DNA from: a virus
Taxonomy: Duplodnaviria > Caudoviricetes
IMG/VR virus record: IMGVR_UViG_3300013005_000046
Span: 1-54,920 of that record
DNA length: 54,920 nucleotides
Reading direction: 5' to 3' (one strand)
Part shown: piece after piece, positions 25,860 to 35,108 of the stretch
How positions within the stretch are numbered: position 1 is the stretch's first letter
Layout of the letters: each line of letters opens with the position of its first letter
The notes under the pieces: generated by a model
Told to the model about the DNA's origin: nothing
Database searches by the model: none
Seen by the model: the letters and a program-made list of their open reading frames with translations, nothing else
Made by a program: the position numbers and the translations under genes

Positions 25860-26680
25860 ATCATTAAGAACCCTATCCAAAAAATCGCTGAAAGTTTATT
25901 ACGATCCCTATCATATTTTTCCCAAATTGTCAAATAGGGTATTACGAACCTATAAAAAAATGTCCTATATTTTTACACATTATCCAAACATGTAAAGTAT
26001 CTTTCCCCAAAATGGGATTACGATCCAAAGGATCCTTTTCCCCAAATAGGGGTATATAATTGTTATATGAGTCCAAGAGGTTTTTACACTAAAGAGTATA
26101 TCTCTCCTTATTTTACTTCAAGTACATATTTGAATTCAGAACAACATAAGAATGAGCTAGAGAGTATGTCTGTTATATATACTAGGTATAAAGCTCTCTT
26201 ACAATACCCCGCCAAAATCGCCAGGCGGGTCTGGTACTGGGCCCTGCTTCGGGCGGGGTATATCAAAGACCTAATGAAATAACCCCTAGTATAATACATT
26301 ACGATCCCTTGATTGTTTTCCCCAAATATGGGATATGTTTTCCAAAATAAGATTACGATTATCAAATATTTTATCCCAAATTGGGGATATTATTATATGT
26401 TTTTATACGCCAAATACGAGTATATTCGGATACAGTATTTGACAATTTGATGGATATGTGGTATACAGTATTTGGTATTTGATATTGGGTATTGACAAAT
26501 CAGGAAAAGTGTGCTAGGGTATTTGGCCGTCAAAAAGATTACGACGCCATCTAAATATAAGTTCCATTCTCCATATCTCTCCACAACTATCCACAAATAG
26601 CCAAATAGAATTATCAACAGTAAGATATATATGTGCATAACTTGTTAATAACTTATCAAATATGTGTATAACTTTAGTAT
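25860..26680. repeat. Mostly non-coding region with repeated ATTACGA and TTTTCCCCAAA motifs and DnaA-like boxes
   Basis: ATTACGA at about 25898, 25941, 26017, 26298, 26352, 26538. Confidence 0.6.
26067..26282 (+). CDS. Hypothetical protein
   Basis: Leaderless after TATAAT. Confidence 0.55.
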   Translation: MSPRGFYTKEYISPYFTSSTYLNSEQHKNELESMSVIYTRYKALLQYPAKIARRVWYWALLRAGYIKDLMK

Positions 26681-26936
26681 CAAAGTGGTATCATGGTATC
26701 AATTTTTTGGGGGTATTTGGATCAACGGATAGGCGGCTATGGCTTATTCAGATACAATAAAATAACAGTACAAACGCCAAAGAAGGCTATCAGGCATATC
26801 ACTATTTGCTCAGCTGTCATGTATCCAGTATATGGGTGTTTTCAAAACCACCATGTATTCCTACTAGGGGTTATATCTTATACTAGGGATTACGATGCTT
26901 CCTTGACATCCCCCGAAAATTTGATACAATTGATAG

Positions 26937-27407
26937 ATGCATCCTAAATGTGGAACCAAAGCTGGTCATGATGATCATAGGCGTAAATACAGGGATGCCT
27001 TTTGCGAGCCATGCATTGAGGCTATGAGAGCCTACTGGATAGAGTATAGGAAGCGTCCAGAAAAGAAAGAAAGAATTAAGCATTACAATCGGACCAATAG
27101 GAACATTAGGTCTGGCACAAGATTTAAGAATTTAATCAAACAAGGATTTGATATACAAAGAGACTTTTTCTCTGCTTCTACAGTTATCTTTACTTATGGA
27201 ACTATTTGTCATTTGTGTAATGAGGAAGTTGATCTAAATGCCCCTAGGGGTGTAGGACAGCCTGGATGGGAAAGAGGTTTGCATATTGACCATGTCATTC
27301 CATTGTCAAGAGGAGGACACGATATCCTGGATAATGTTAGACCTTCTCATGGCCAATGTAATATAAAAAAACATAACAAAATGGACTATATCCATTTGTC
27401 TTATTGA
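26937..27407 (+). CDS. HNH endonuclease
   Basis: CHLC..IDHVIPLSRGG..N...HGQCN..K; N-terminal CGT..CEPC. Confidence 0.9.
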   Translation: MHPKCGTKAGHDDHRRKYRDAFCEPCIEAMRAYWIEYRKRPEKKERIKHYNRTNRNIRSGTRFKNLIKQGFDIQRDFFSASTVIFTYGTICHLCNEEVDLNAPRGVGQPGWERGLHIDHVIPLSRGGHDILDNVRPSHGQCNIKKHNKMDYIHLSY

Positions 27408-27586
27408 CTAACTGATCCTGGAGCTAAAGGTCTATACTGTTTACGTGCCCTATTGAAAGACTTATAGCAGTCAGAATGGACTGTGACATCTATCCTATAT
27501 TTCTTAGTCTTGTGTGACCGTCTATAGGTGGTTAATGGCTCTACTAGTTCTTTATTACAATACCAACAAGGATTACGATCCATCAT
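27401..27586 (-). CDS. Small hypothetical protein
   Basis: CWYC..HSDC; start uncertain. Confidence 0.5.
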   Translation of the reverse strand: MMDRNPCWYCNKELVEPLTTYRRSHKTKKYRIDVTVHSDCYKSFNRARKQYRPLAPGSVSQ

Positions 27587-27795
27587 TTGATACCCCCAGA
27601 TTTTCCCCAGGTTACCTTGAGCCAAATACGCTCATGCAGGTAGTACAATACAAAGTTAATTACGTTAGATACTACTGTCAAAGACGCAGCAAAGGTTAGA
27701 CTGCCTGTCATGGCATATCCTATTATGAATGTGCTGACAACAGCTATGACCCTCCAGGTGAGTGACTTAGCTAAAGACCTTTTCTTAGTAGCCAT
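27583..27795 (-). CDS. DUF2061 membrane protein
   Basis: RSLAKSLTWR..YYLHERIW. Confidence 0.85.
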   Translation of the reverse strand: MATKKRSLAKSLTWRVIAVVSTFIIGYAMTGSLTFAASLTVVSNVINFVLYYLHERIWLKVTWGKSGGIK

Positions 27796-28003
27796 CAGTC
27801 TCTACCCAATCTTTGGCATAGCCATAGCATACACCACCTGTGGTCATATCCCAAACAGCTATTTCTCCTAGCTGGAGATACTTGACCTCATTTGGTGATG
27901 TGATATGGAACATCCATTTGCCTTCTGGAATGGCAAGCTCAATGTCTGAGTTGTTCATTCTGTTGATGTGGGTGTCTCGTTTGGCTGTTACAAACTGAGC
28001 CAC
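27785..28003 (-). CDS. Hypothetical protein
   Basis: ORF within the operon. Confidence 0.6.
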   Translation of the reverse strand: MAQFVTAKRDTHINRMNNSDIELAIPEGKWMFHITSPNEVKYLQLGEIAVWDMTTGGVCYGYAKDWVETDGY

Positions 28004-28005
28004 GA

Positions 28006-28203
28006 TTACTTGATCTTTACGAATTTAGCCCAGATACGCTCATGAATGAAGTATGCCAGAGCTTCCCAAGCGATATAGACAAGTGCTCCTAGAGTAGCGT
28101 ATTCCCACTCTCCTGTGATTACAAAGATCACTCCTGCTATGATAACAAGGTGTACGAATTCCCAGCTAAGGGTCTTGGTTAAACTTCTTTTTGTGCTTTC
28201 CAT
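28006..28203 (-). CDS. DUF2061 membrane protein
   Basis: RSLTKTLSW..FIHERIW. Confidence 0.8.
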   Translation of the reverse strand: MESTKRSLTKTLSWEFVHLVIIAGVIFVITGEWEYATLGALVYIAWEALAYFIHERIWAKFVKIK

Positions 28204-28336
28204 TTTTACTCTTTCCTGTTATATCAATTATACGGTATGCTAGGATGTTTGTCAATAGCATTACGGAGTAATGTAGTAAGACATTAACCTTCTATTTACC
28301 GCCGAACTTTTCGCCCGAACTTTATATATTATTTTT

Positions 28337-28864
28337 TTAACCTGGATACTTGTCAAACCACTTGGTAGTCGAGCTGCCTATGCCATTCCAAGCAGACCAG
28401 TTTTTTCCGCCGTCTGACATCTGGAATGCAATCCTTGCATTTACCCATGGGTCAAACAGGTCTTTGTAACTATCTAATCCGTATTGCTCAAGCCTTGCTG
28501 GGCCCAAGCTCCCAATCATATTGATCTGGAATAGTCCATGAGAGTTGTCCCCTGTCTTAGGGTTATCATTATGAGACCTTGGTCTGCCAGTCGATTCCTT
28601 CATAGCTACTGCCCAGGCCTCTTTTAGATTGCTGCCACGAAACCCAACTTCATACAAGATAGCCTTAAGATCTTTAGGAGATAGTTGCTCATTCTTCTTG
28701 TATGTTTGCTTTATGTTTACCTTTGGCTTTTCTAAAGCAAGAAACCTCTGAGTTTCTGCCTTATCGATAGATGCTGTGTAAGCACTATTACTAGGCTGGT
28801 TAAGTATTGACAAGCCAACAAGTGCCAACGAGCATGCGAATGTAACTGTTAAAGCTTTATTCAT
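28337..28864 (-). CDS. Secreted lytic transglycosylase (SLT/lysozyme-like)
   Basis: Signal peptide; ES..GLFQIN..N..A..W..W. Confidence 0.85.
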   Translation of the reverse strand: MNKALTVTFACSLALVGLSILNQPSNSAYTASIDKAETQRFLALEKPKVNIKQTYKKNEQLSPKDLKAILYEVGFRGSNLKEAWAVAMKESTGRPRSHNDNPKTGDNSHGLFQINMIGSLGPARLEQYGLDSYKDLFDPWVNARIAFQMSDGGKNWSAWNGIGSSTTKWFDKYPG

Positions 28865-28867
28865 GGC

Positions 28868-29626
28868 TTAGTTATTTGTCTCAATTATTCGAGTATAGGT
28901 GACTTCGCTATTACCATTAGCTTTAGACCAGTTCTTAATAGAACGTATTTCAGTCCTGTCTCCTGGCTTACCACCTGCGTGTATCATCTCATCAGGCCCT
29001 ACATAGATTCCAATATGATAGGCACTGCCATAGCTTTGGAAGTTGAAAGAGACTAGGTCTCCAATCTTAGGGTTGGTAACAATTGCTCCAGATTCTCTCT
29101 GAACAGAAGCTCTGTGCTCAAGATCAACCCCAAGACGAGCATATGTCCACTTAACAAGTCCTGAGCAATCCCAAGCGTCTGGTGTGGATCCACTAAAGAC
29201 CCAAGGGGTTTTTCCAATTTGCTTTTTAACCAAGATTAAGGTTTCATTTAATTTCTTGGTGTCACTGGCAACTTTTTCCAGTCTGGCAATCTCTGCCTCA
29301 AGCTCATCTTGCTTTCTTTCAGCATCGGACTTGAGCTTATCCTTTGCTGCCTTCTCCTGAGCCATCCAATCAACGGAACCGATAAGCGGTGCGTCTGAGG
29401 CCAGGACTGGCCCAGTTGCTAGCTCCAAGGCCTTCACTGGCCCTGAGAAGATAACTTCTTTTGTTACTGGAGAATCAATTACTGGTGTTGGCTTTGTTAC
29501 TTGTGTTACTGGTTGTTTCATGTTCGATGACTCAGCAGACTCTATCATAGCTCCAAAAGCTACTCCAGTGCCACTAGTCAGTAGCAGTGCAATCATACCA
29601 ATTGCGATGAACCTTTTTCTTTTCAT
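28868..29626 (-). CDS. Secreted NlpC/P60 peptidoglycan endopeptidase
   Basis: Signal peptide; coiled coil; DCSGLV, HIGIY, MIHA. Confidence 0.9.
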   Translation of the reverse strand: MKRKRFIAIGMIALLLTSGTGVAFGAMIESAESSNMKQPVTQVTKPTPVIDSPVTKEVIFSGPVKALELATGPVLASDAPLIGSVDWMAQEKAAKDKLKSDAERKQDELEAEIARLEKVASDTKKLNETLILVKKQIGKTPWVFSGSTPDAWDCSGLVKWTYARLGVDLEHRASVQRESGAIVTNPKIGDLVSFNFQSYGSAYHIGIYVGPDEMIHAGGKPGDRTEIRSIKNWSKANGNSEVTYTRIIETNN

Positions 29627-29774
29627 TTGGCGACCTACCTTTCCTTGGTAGTTAGTACTCGGTCGTTGAGCGTTAGCGGGTGGTTTCCCTATATTAAGTT
29701 ATAAACCCTTGAAATAGATACATCCATCTCAAAGGCGTACTACTATTTTACCACAAATTAAGACAAAATACACA

Positions 29775-30029
29775 TTACTTAGTTTTATTTCTTGTTTTTA
29801 GCTTTAAGCCAGTAGCCTTTTTTAGCCAAGGCTTGTCAGAATATCTAGCCCACTCATACACAAAAATGCAGGCTGCAATAAGCAATCCAAGGGAAGCTGA
29901 TTGCACAATGTAGTATGGAGTTGGGTCAATTAGATAGGTTTCCCAAGGGAAGCTATAAGCCACTACTGGGAATGCAATGATGTTTCCAAATACTACAGCA
30001 ACTACAATACTCTTATAAACGTTTTTCAA
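29775..30029 (-). CDS. Two-TM membrane protein
   Basis: AGGAG RBS; hydrophobic segments. Confidence 0.7.
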   Translation of the reverse strand: MKNVYKSIVVAVVFGNIIAFPVVAYSFPWETYLIDPTPYYIVQSASLGLLIAACIFVYEWARYSDKPWLKKATGLKLKTRNKTK

Positions 30030-30233
30030 TTGTTCTCCTTGTTAATTAAATCCTATGTATGATTATACAGGTGGTGGTACAGAATGTCAAGTGTTGCACC
30101 TTCTATTAGGTGTTGCACCTACTTACCGCCGAATTTTAATCTATTAATGATTCTTCTGCGATTTCGACGAACTCTATATCTTTTAGATCTTCGTCAGTAA
30201 GTCCCTCAGCGTGAAGGCTTGCCATTTTAGCCA

Positions 30234-30443
30234 TTAGTAGCTCCTATCATTTGGGTCGTACCAGTTATATATCCATCCTTGTGGTGTAAAACATTTTTTA
30301 CAAATCTGCATTAGCATTGTGCCTTTGTCTAAAGCATTTACAGCATCTTCAAAGTCATGCTGATTATCATTGCAGGGATTCCTCATTGCTGCACTAATTA
30401 TCTTAAGTCTTTCAGAAAACTCTTCATCGCTTAGTCTAGCCAT
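30234..30443 (-). CDS. Hypothetical protein
   Basis: ORF; GGGAG RBS. Confidence 0.6.
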   Translation of the reverse strand: MARLSDEEFSERLKIISAAMRNPCNDNQHDFEDAVNALDKGTMLMQICKKCFTPQGWIYNWYDPNDRSY

Positions 30444-30651
30444 AGATAATCTCCCTTATTTTGGCAAATACAGTTTCTTGATATAGCGGTGTTCTTGTTG
30501 CATGGGATTGATCTTCTAGCCTCTGGATGCCCTGCAAAATTCTCTCACGTTCATCTAAGGTTCCAGCCTGATAGCCAAGATTATAGTCGTCATAGTCATC
30601 CAAGAAGCTGTCATCATCAAAGTCTTCGTCCAAAAAGTATTCTTTGCTCAT
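30436..30651 (-). CDS. Hypothetical protein
   Basis: GYQAG..ERERI motif; leaderless. Confidence 0.65.
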   Translation of the reverse strand: MSKEYFLDEDFDDDSFLDDYDDYNLGYQAGTLDERERILQGIQRLEDQSHATRTPLYQETVFAKIREIIYG

Positions 30652-30689
30652 AGTACGATTATACAGGAAACCCAGGATAAAGTCAACGA

Positions 30690-30848
30690 CTAATCTTCGG
30701 TCAAGTAGTCCTTAAATATCTTTAAAATCTTGGCGGTATACTTCTGATATTCAACATCCATAACAGTATTATCGCTATCAACCTTATACAGCTTGATATC
30801 TTTTACTAACTCAAAGAGGATATCATCAACTTCTTTGCCTAGGTCCAT
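30690..30848 (-). CDS. 52-aa hypothetical protein
   Basis: TGGTATACT 5 nt before ATG; MDLGKEVDDILFELVK... Confidence 0.55.
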   Translation of the reverse strand: MDLGKEVDDILFELVKDIKLYKVDSDNTVMDVEYQKYTAKILKIFKDYLTED

Positions 30849-31027
30849 ACCTAAGTATACCAGATTCATAAAGCATTGGTAAAATTAAGTGTGATCTATA
30901 AGTGTAATTGTGGCAAGATACATGTTATAGGGATAGAGCTATATTTTGAGATAATTAAGTATAAAGAGTACTGTTATTGTCCTATAATTAACTTGACATC
31001 CCCCTGAAATTCTGGTACCATTTTCAT

Positions 31028-31444
31028 ATGAATATTACTAATGTGAATTTTCAAGCAGAGTCAAAACATTCTGGAGATATTTTTGAGTCCCAGGTTCTTG
31101 AAGACCTTGACCGCTTTGGGCAAAAAGATATTAAGAAGAATGTAGTAGTTAAAGATGCTGGCTGTGAAGTTGACTTTGCTTATGACTTTCATGGGGTTCA
31201 GGTTTACGTTGAAGCAAAAGGTGGACTTCAGGGTGAGGGCAAGCGTCCTGGGGCCAAGAGAACTGACAATGTAAAGAAAGCAATTGCCAATGCTGCACTT
31301 ATTAAGTCTCTCTATCCAGAAACCCAATATATAGTTTATTTCTCAGATCTGCCAAAGCATGGCTCTTCTTCTCACAAGATGCTAAGGACTGCTGTTCGTG
31401 CAGGTTTTATAGATGGCGTAAGATATCTTATTGACATCAACTAA
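31028..31444 (+). CDS. PD-(D/E)XK nuclease-fold protein
   Basis: G..FE..EVDF..VEAKGG..RTDNVKKA. Confidence 0.75.
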   Translation: MNITNVNFQAESKHSGDIFESQVLEDLDRFGQKDIKKNVVVKDAGCEVDFAYDFHGVQVYVEAKGGLQGEGKRPGAKRTDNVKKAIANAALIKSLYPETQYIVYFSDLPKHGSSSHKMLRTAVRAGFIDGVRYLIDIN

Positions 31445-31450
31445 TTATTT

Positions 31451-32032
31451 TTAGAGTTTGTGTAACTCATCATAGCTAAGCCAGATTGGCAGGGTATACC
31501 TTACCTCTGGCGATTCCGAAACTCCGTGGTAGCCAGTAGTTTTAGTTGGAAAAAATACGAGGTCACCCTCTTCTGGTTTATAAGAATATCCTGAGTCAAT
31601 AAACGATAACTCTCCACCAGACTGCAAGGTGTTCAGATAAACGATGCAACTGTATTCAAGATGAAGGTTTACTCCATGATCAGTGTCATTGTGTGCTGGA
31701 ATCATTCCTCCAGGGTATTGTTTAGAGAGCCAAAAAGAGCATACATAAAGGCTTTTATCTAAAGACAAAGTTTCTTTAACCCCTTTTTCTAGTCTTTGAA
31801 ATAATGTTCGAACAGTGGCTTCACTGTTTGCTAAAAGGGCTAAGTTTTCTTGGGCTACAACGTTTCCCTGGATATCGTTTTTGGGATTTCCAAAAGCAAG
31901 ACTAATTCTTAACCAATCCTGCCAAGAGAAGAATTTATCAATATGATTTGTTTCGTAATCATCAATTAGTTTTTTAAAAAACAATATTTCATCACTAGAG
32001 ATGAAGTTTTTTATGATCCTGACATCATCCAT
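31451..32032 (-). CDS. 2OG-Fe(II) oxygenase (prolyl-4-hydroxylase-like)
   Basis: HND..YLN..GGEL.F..P..GD..F..HGV..RY. Confidence 0.9.
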   Translation of the reverse strand: MDDVRIIKNFISSDEILFFKKLIDDYETNHIDKFFSWQDWLRISLAFGNPKNDIQGNVVAQENLALLANSEATVRTLFQRLEKGVKETLSLDKSLYVCSFWLSKQYPGGMIPAHNDTDHGVNLHLEYSCIVYLNTLQSGGELSFIDSGYSYKPEEGDLVFFPTKTTGYHGVSESPEVRYTLPIWLSYDELHKL

Positions 32033-32035
32033 AAT

Positions 32036-33193
32036 TTACACAAGTTTAACAGATGATGTATAATCTTTACCAAAATCAGAGAACAGGGCCTTGTCTGCTT
32101 CACGCTGAGCTATTCTGCGTGACCATGAATAACCTGCGTCTCCACCCCATGCTAGCCACATAATGTATCCATTAGATGGGTTGGCTTGGTTTCCCCAGTC
32201 CTTGCCCTTCTTGTCTACCTCATGACGTGAGAAGTAAGAATACATACGCTTTACTGTGCTTAGCGAAAGTGTCTCTCCATTAGCCAGCTGTCTAGCTCTA
32301 GTCCATCCAACTGCAGTTCCTGCTCCTGTTGCTTTGCCATCTTCTTTGAACTTGATAGCACGACGAGCAGCACTCCTAGCCCCAGCAGGAGGGCTGTAAC
32401 CTTCAGCTTTGTCCATGTATTCATCATCTTCATCCTCATAATCTTCTAAACTAATGTTTGGCATATCAATTCGTGTTACATCAGATCTTAATGCACCAAT
32501 TGAGTATGCTGTGTAATAGTAAACACCATCATCTTCTTCAAGAATTCTAACCGCTACCGCTGGATTTTCAGGAGTTGACTCTACGGAATAAGGGTTTCCA
32601 GGCTGACCATATGTTCCACCTTCAATCATAATGTGTTCAACTTGACCAACTATTACACCTTCAGTTGTCATTGCCACTACAAAGTCGCCTTCGACTAATG
32701 TAGCATCTGCCTTTGATACTGGAATGCAGTTTGGAACCATTCTTCCATTGTCGCCTGGCTTCATGCCTCTTTGAGTATAGCCATCCCAGCATGGAGCAGC
32801 TTTTTCGTCTGACTTAGTTCCCATCGATGTTCCAGAGTTAGTTGTAGATATTGCTCCAGAAGGGTCTCCACCAGCACCACCAGTAGTAGTCTTTGGTTTT
32901 TTCTTAGGATCTTTTAATACGGAAGGCTTCTTAGAAGCTGGTTCTGGCTGCCCAATAGCAGACCCCATACCATCTTTATCTGTAGCTGATTTTATTGCCG
33001 TTCCTGGCCATTCTTCTGGGTCTTTGATGCCAACACCCTTATCTGGAATATTTCCTTCAGATTGGTTGATTGCATAGATTTGGTTAGCGGCTTCTTCAGC
33101 TGACTTGTGGCAACCCATTACGGTTCCATCGTCTTTAACGGCAGGGTATCCCGAACAACCGTATGAATCTTTTTCTCCAACATGATATGGCAT
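32036..33193 (-). CDS. Multi-domain phage protein
   Basis: GCH..A..Q..A, CWDGY..MVPNC and RARQLANGETLS..VKRM.SYF.RH..W.AWGG modules. Confidence 0.75.
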   Translation of the reverse strand: MPYHVGEKDSYGCSGYPAVKDDGTVMGCHKSAEEAANQIYAINQSEGNIPDKGVGIKDPEEWPGTAIKSATDKDGMGSAIGQPEPASKKPSVLKDPKKKPKTTTGGAGGDPSGAISTTNSGTSMGTKSDEKAAPCWDGYTQRGMKPGDNGRMVPNCIPVSKADATLVEGDFVVAMTTEGVIVGQVEHIMIEGGTYGQPGNPYSVESTPENPAVAVRILEEDDGVYYYTAYSIGALRSDVTRIDMPNISLEDYEDEDDEYMDKAEGYSPPAGARSAARRAIKFKEDGKATGAGTAVGWTRARQLANGETLSLSTVKRMYSYFSRHEVDKKGKDWGNQANPSNGYIMWLAWGGDAGYSWSRRIAQREADKALFSDFGKDYTSSVKLV

Positions 33194-33216
33194 AACTAAA
33201 TTATACCATGAATGTT

Positions 33217-33244
33217 AGGCCTTTTTTCAACATGCCCAGGTTGT
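33217..33244 (-). ncRNA. Compact pseudoknot motif, copy 5 (degenerate)
   Basis: CAAC-CU-GGGCA-U-GUUG-AAAAAA-GGCCU downstream of hsp20. Confidence 0.45.
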
Positions 33245-33300
33245 CTCCTAAGGTAGCGGCCTTTCGGAAACCTTAAGCTGCTACAAGGATATCATTATTT

Positions 33301-33690
33301 TTAACTTATTTTAATTTGCTTTGGCTTCTTTTCTTCTGGAATATTCCTGACCAAATCAATATACAGGATTCCATCCTCAAAGCCAGCTGCCTCTACCTCA
33401 AAGTACTCAGGTAGTGTGAATGAACGGTGAAACTTACGAGCAGCAATACCCTTGTGTAGGTATTCCTTTTCTGTAGTTTCTGGCTTTTCAGCCTTGATAG
33501 AAAGAACGCTCTTTTCAGTAGTAATACTGATGTCTTTCTTCTTGAATCCAGCTACCGCAAATTCCATAACAAGTTTGTCATCATTAATCTTGACAACATT
33601 GTAGGGTGGGTATGCTGGGGTAGTGCTAGTAGCAGAAAAGAACTTGTCAATATCTAGACCAAGTCCTCCGAATGGTGTTGTAATAACCAT
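33301..33690 (-). CDS. hsp20: Small heat-shock protein Hsp20 (IbpA-like)
   Basis: YPPYN..AVAGF..YLHKGIA.R.F.R.F.L..GIL.I.L..PE. Confidence 0.95.
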   Translation of the reverse strand: MVITTPFGGLGLDIDKFFSATSTTPAYPPYNVVKINDDKLVMEFAVAGFKKKDISITTEKSVLSIKAEKPETTEKEYLHKGIAARKFHRSFTLPEYFEVEAAGFEDGILYIDLVRNIPEEKKPKQIKIS

Positions 33691-33797
33691 TTATATCATC
33701 TCCTTATGTTAAGCGAGTTAATTGCCTCCATTTGGCAGGCATAAATATTATACCATAAGTTGAACAAAGCTCTTTTTAGTGGTATAATATAGTCATT

Positions 33798-34388
33798 ATG
33801 AATATTCCAAAGTCATTTAGAGATAGACAGAAAATGCTTGCTGAGAGAGCAAATTACACTGGTGGGGTAGAGGCTACTGTTAGACGTGTAGAAGATACTA
33901 GGCGTCAAAGATATGAACTTCAGGAATCTAAACGTGCCCCCAAAATTCAGGTTGATCAAAAGATTATTCTTTGGTCTTGGCTAATTGGTATTGGCTTTGC
34001 CTTTATTTCTTCTGCAATTGTTTCTTTTAACGGAATTACTGCTGTAGCACAGTTTGTTGGGCTATCTCAGGCATGGATGGCTGGACTATTTTTCTTTTTT
34101 ATTGAGCTTATGTATCTTTTGTTCTTAGTAGCGTATCTAGTTCTTGCTTCTAGAATGAGAGAAGATGGCAAGCCAGAAAAAACTTTTGGAGCTATTCTTG
34201 GAATGGTTGCGTTTGGTGGCATTGCAGTCTTAGCAAATGCTTTCCATACTTTTGATTTTTGGGAATGGAACTATCTTGAGCCACGGATGTGGGCGGGTAC
34301 TGTTCTAAGCGTTGCTGCCCCTATTGCAATTATTGCAGCATCTAAGATGGCATCTAGAGTTGTGTTTGCCAAAGCCATTAAGCTCTAG
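33798..34388 (+). CDS. Four-TM membrane protein
   Basis: Hydrophobic helices; leaderless promoter. Confidence 0.75.
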   Translation: MNIPKSFRDRQKMLAERANYTGGVEATVRRVEDTRRQRYELQESKRAPKIQVDQKIILWSWLIGIGFAFISSAIVSFNGITAVAQFVGLSQAWMAGLFFFFIELMYLLFLVAYLVLASRMREDGKPEKTFGAILGMVAFGGIAVLANAFHTFDFWEWNYLEPRMWAGTVLSVAAPIAIIAASKMASRVVFAKAIKL

Positions 34389-34436
34389 GCCGCAGGCCTA
34401 AGCCCTCAAGATGGGTCTCTATGATATACTATTGCT

Positions 34437-35108
34437 ATGGACAAAATTAAATTAGCTATTCTAGTTCCCACTCGTGGAAGACCACATAACCTTGAAAGAT
34501 TAGCAAAAGCTGCTAAAAAAACATGCAAGACAGAGTATCAAATCTTTGCAAGACTAGACGAAGATGATCAATCAAAATATCCAGAGCTTGAAGGTGTTAG
34601 ATACTCTATTGGAAAAAGAATTTTTTATGCTAACTCTGTTAATGAGATAGCTGAAACCGCACTCAACGAAGAGTTTACACACTTAGCAATTCTTGGTGAT
34701 GATGTTTTGCCAGAAACAATTGGCTGGGATGAAAAACTAATTAGTTCTTTGAATGGTCTTGGAGTTGTTTATGGCAGCGATGGTCTAGAACATTTACATG
34801 GAGAAGACCTTCCTACTCACGTTGTAGTGCCAATTGAAATGTATAAAAGGTTGGGTTGGATTGCTCTACCAACACTAAGGCATTTGTTCTGTGATAATGT
34901 CTGGCGTGAGCTTGGAAAAGCAACTAAGTTTATTTATCGTCCAGATGTCAATCTTAGCCATTTGCACCGTTGGAACAAAGCAGCTCCTGATGATCAGACA
35001 TACCAAGAGGCTAACGACAAGGTAAAACGTGATCTTGATAGAATTGCATTTGAGACTTGGCGTGATGGAGAAGGTCTGCAGATTGCAAAAGAAGCACTTA
35101 CAAAATGA
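34437..35108 (+). CDS. Glycosyltransferase family 2
   Basis: LVPTRGRP, LGDD and H.FCD motifs. Confidence 0.85.
   Translation: MDKIKLAILVPTRGRPHNLERLAKAAKKTCKTEYQIFARLDEDDQSKYPELEGVRYSIGKRIFYANSVNEIAETALNEEFTHLAILGDDVLPETIGWDEKLISSLNGLGVVYGSDGLEHLHGEDLPTHVVVPIEMYKRLGWIALPTLRHLFCDNVWRELGKATKFIYRPDVNLSHLHRWNKAAPDDQTYQEANDKVKRDLDRIAFETWRDGEGLQIAKEALTK

Noticed and set aside
25749-25937. 62-aa ORF in the track
   Set aside because: Overlaps the tRNA-Leu gene and repeat DNA
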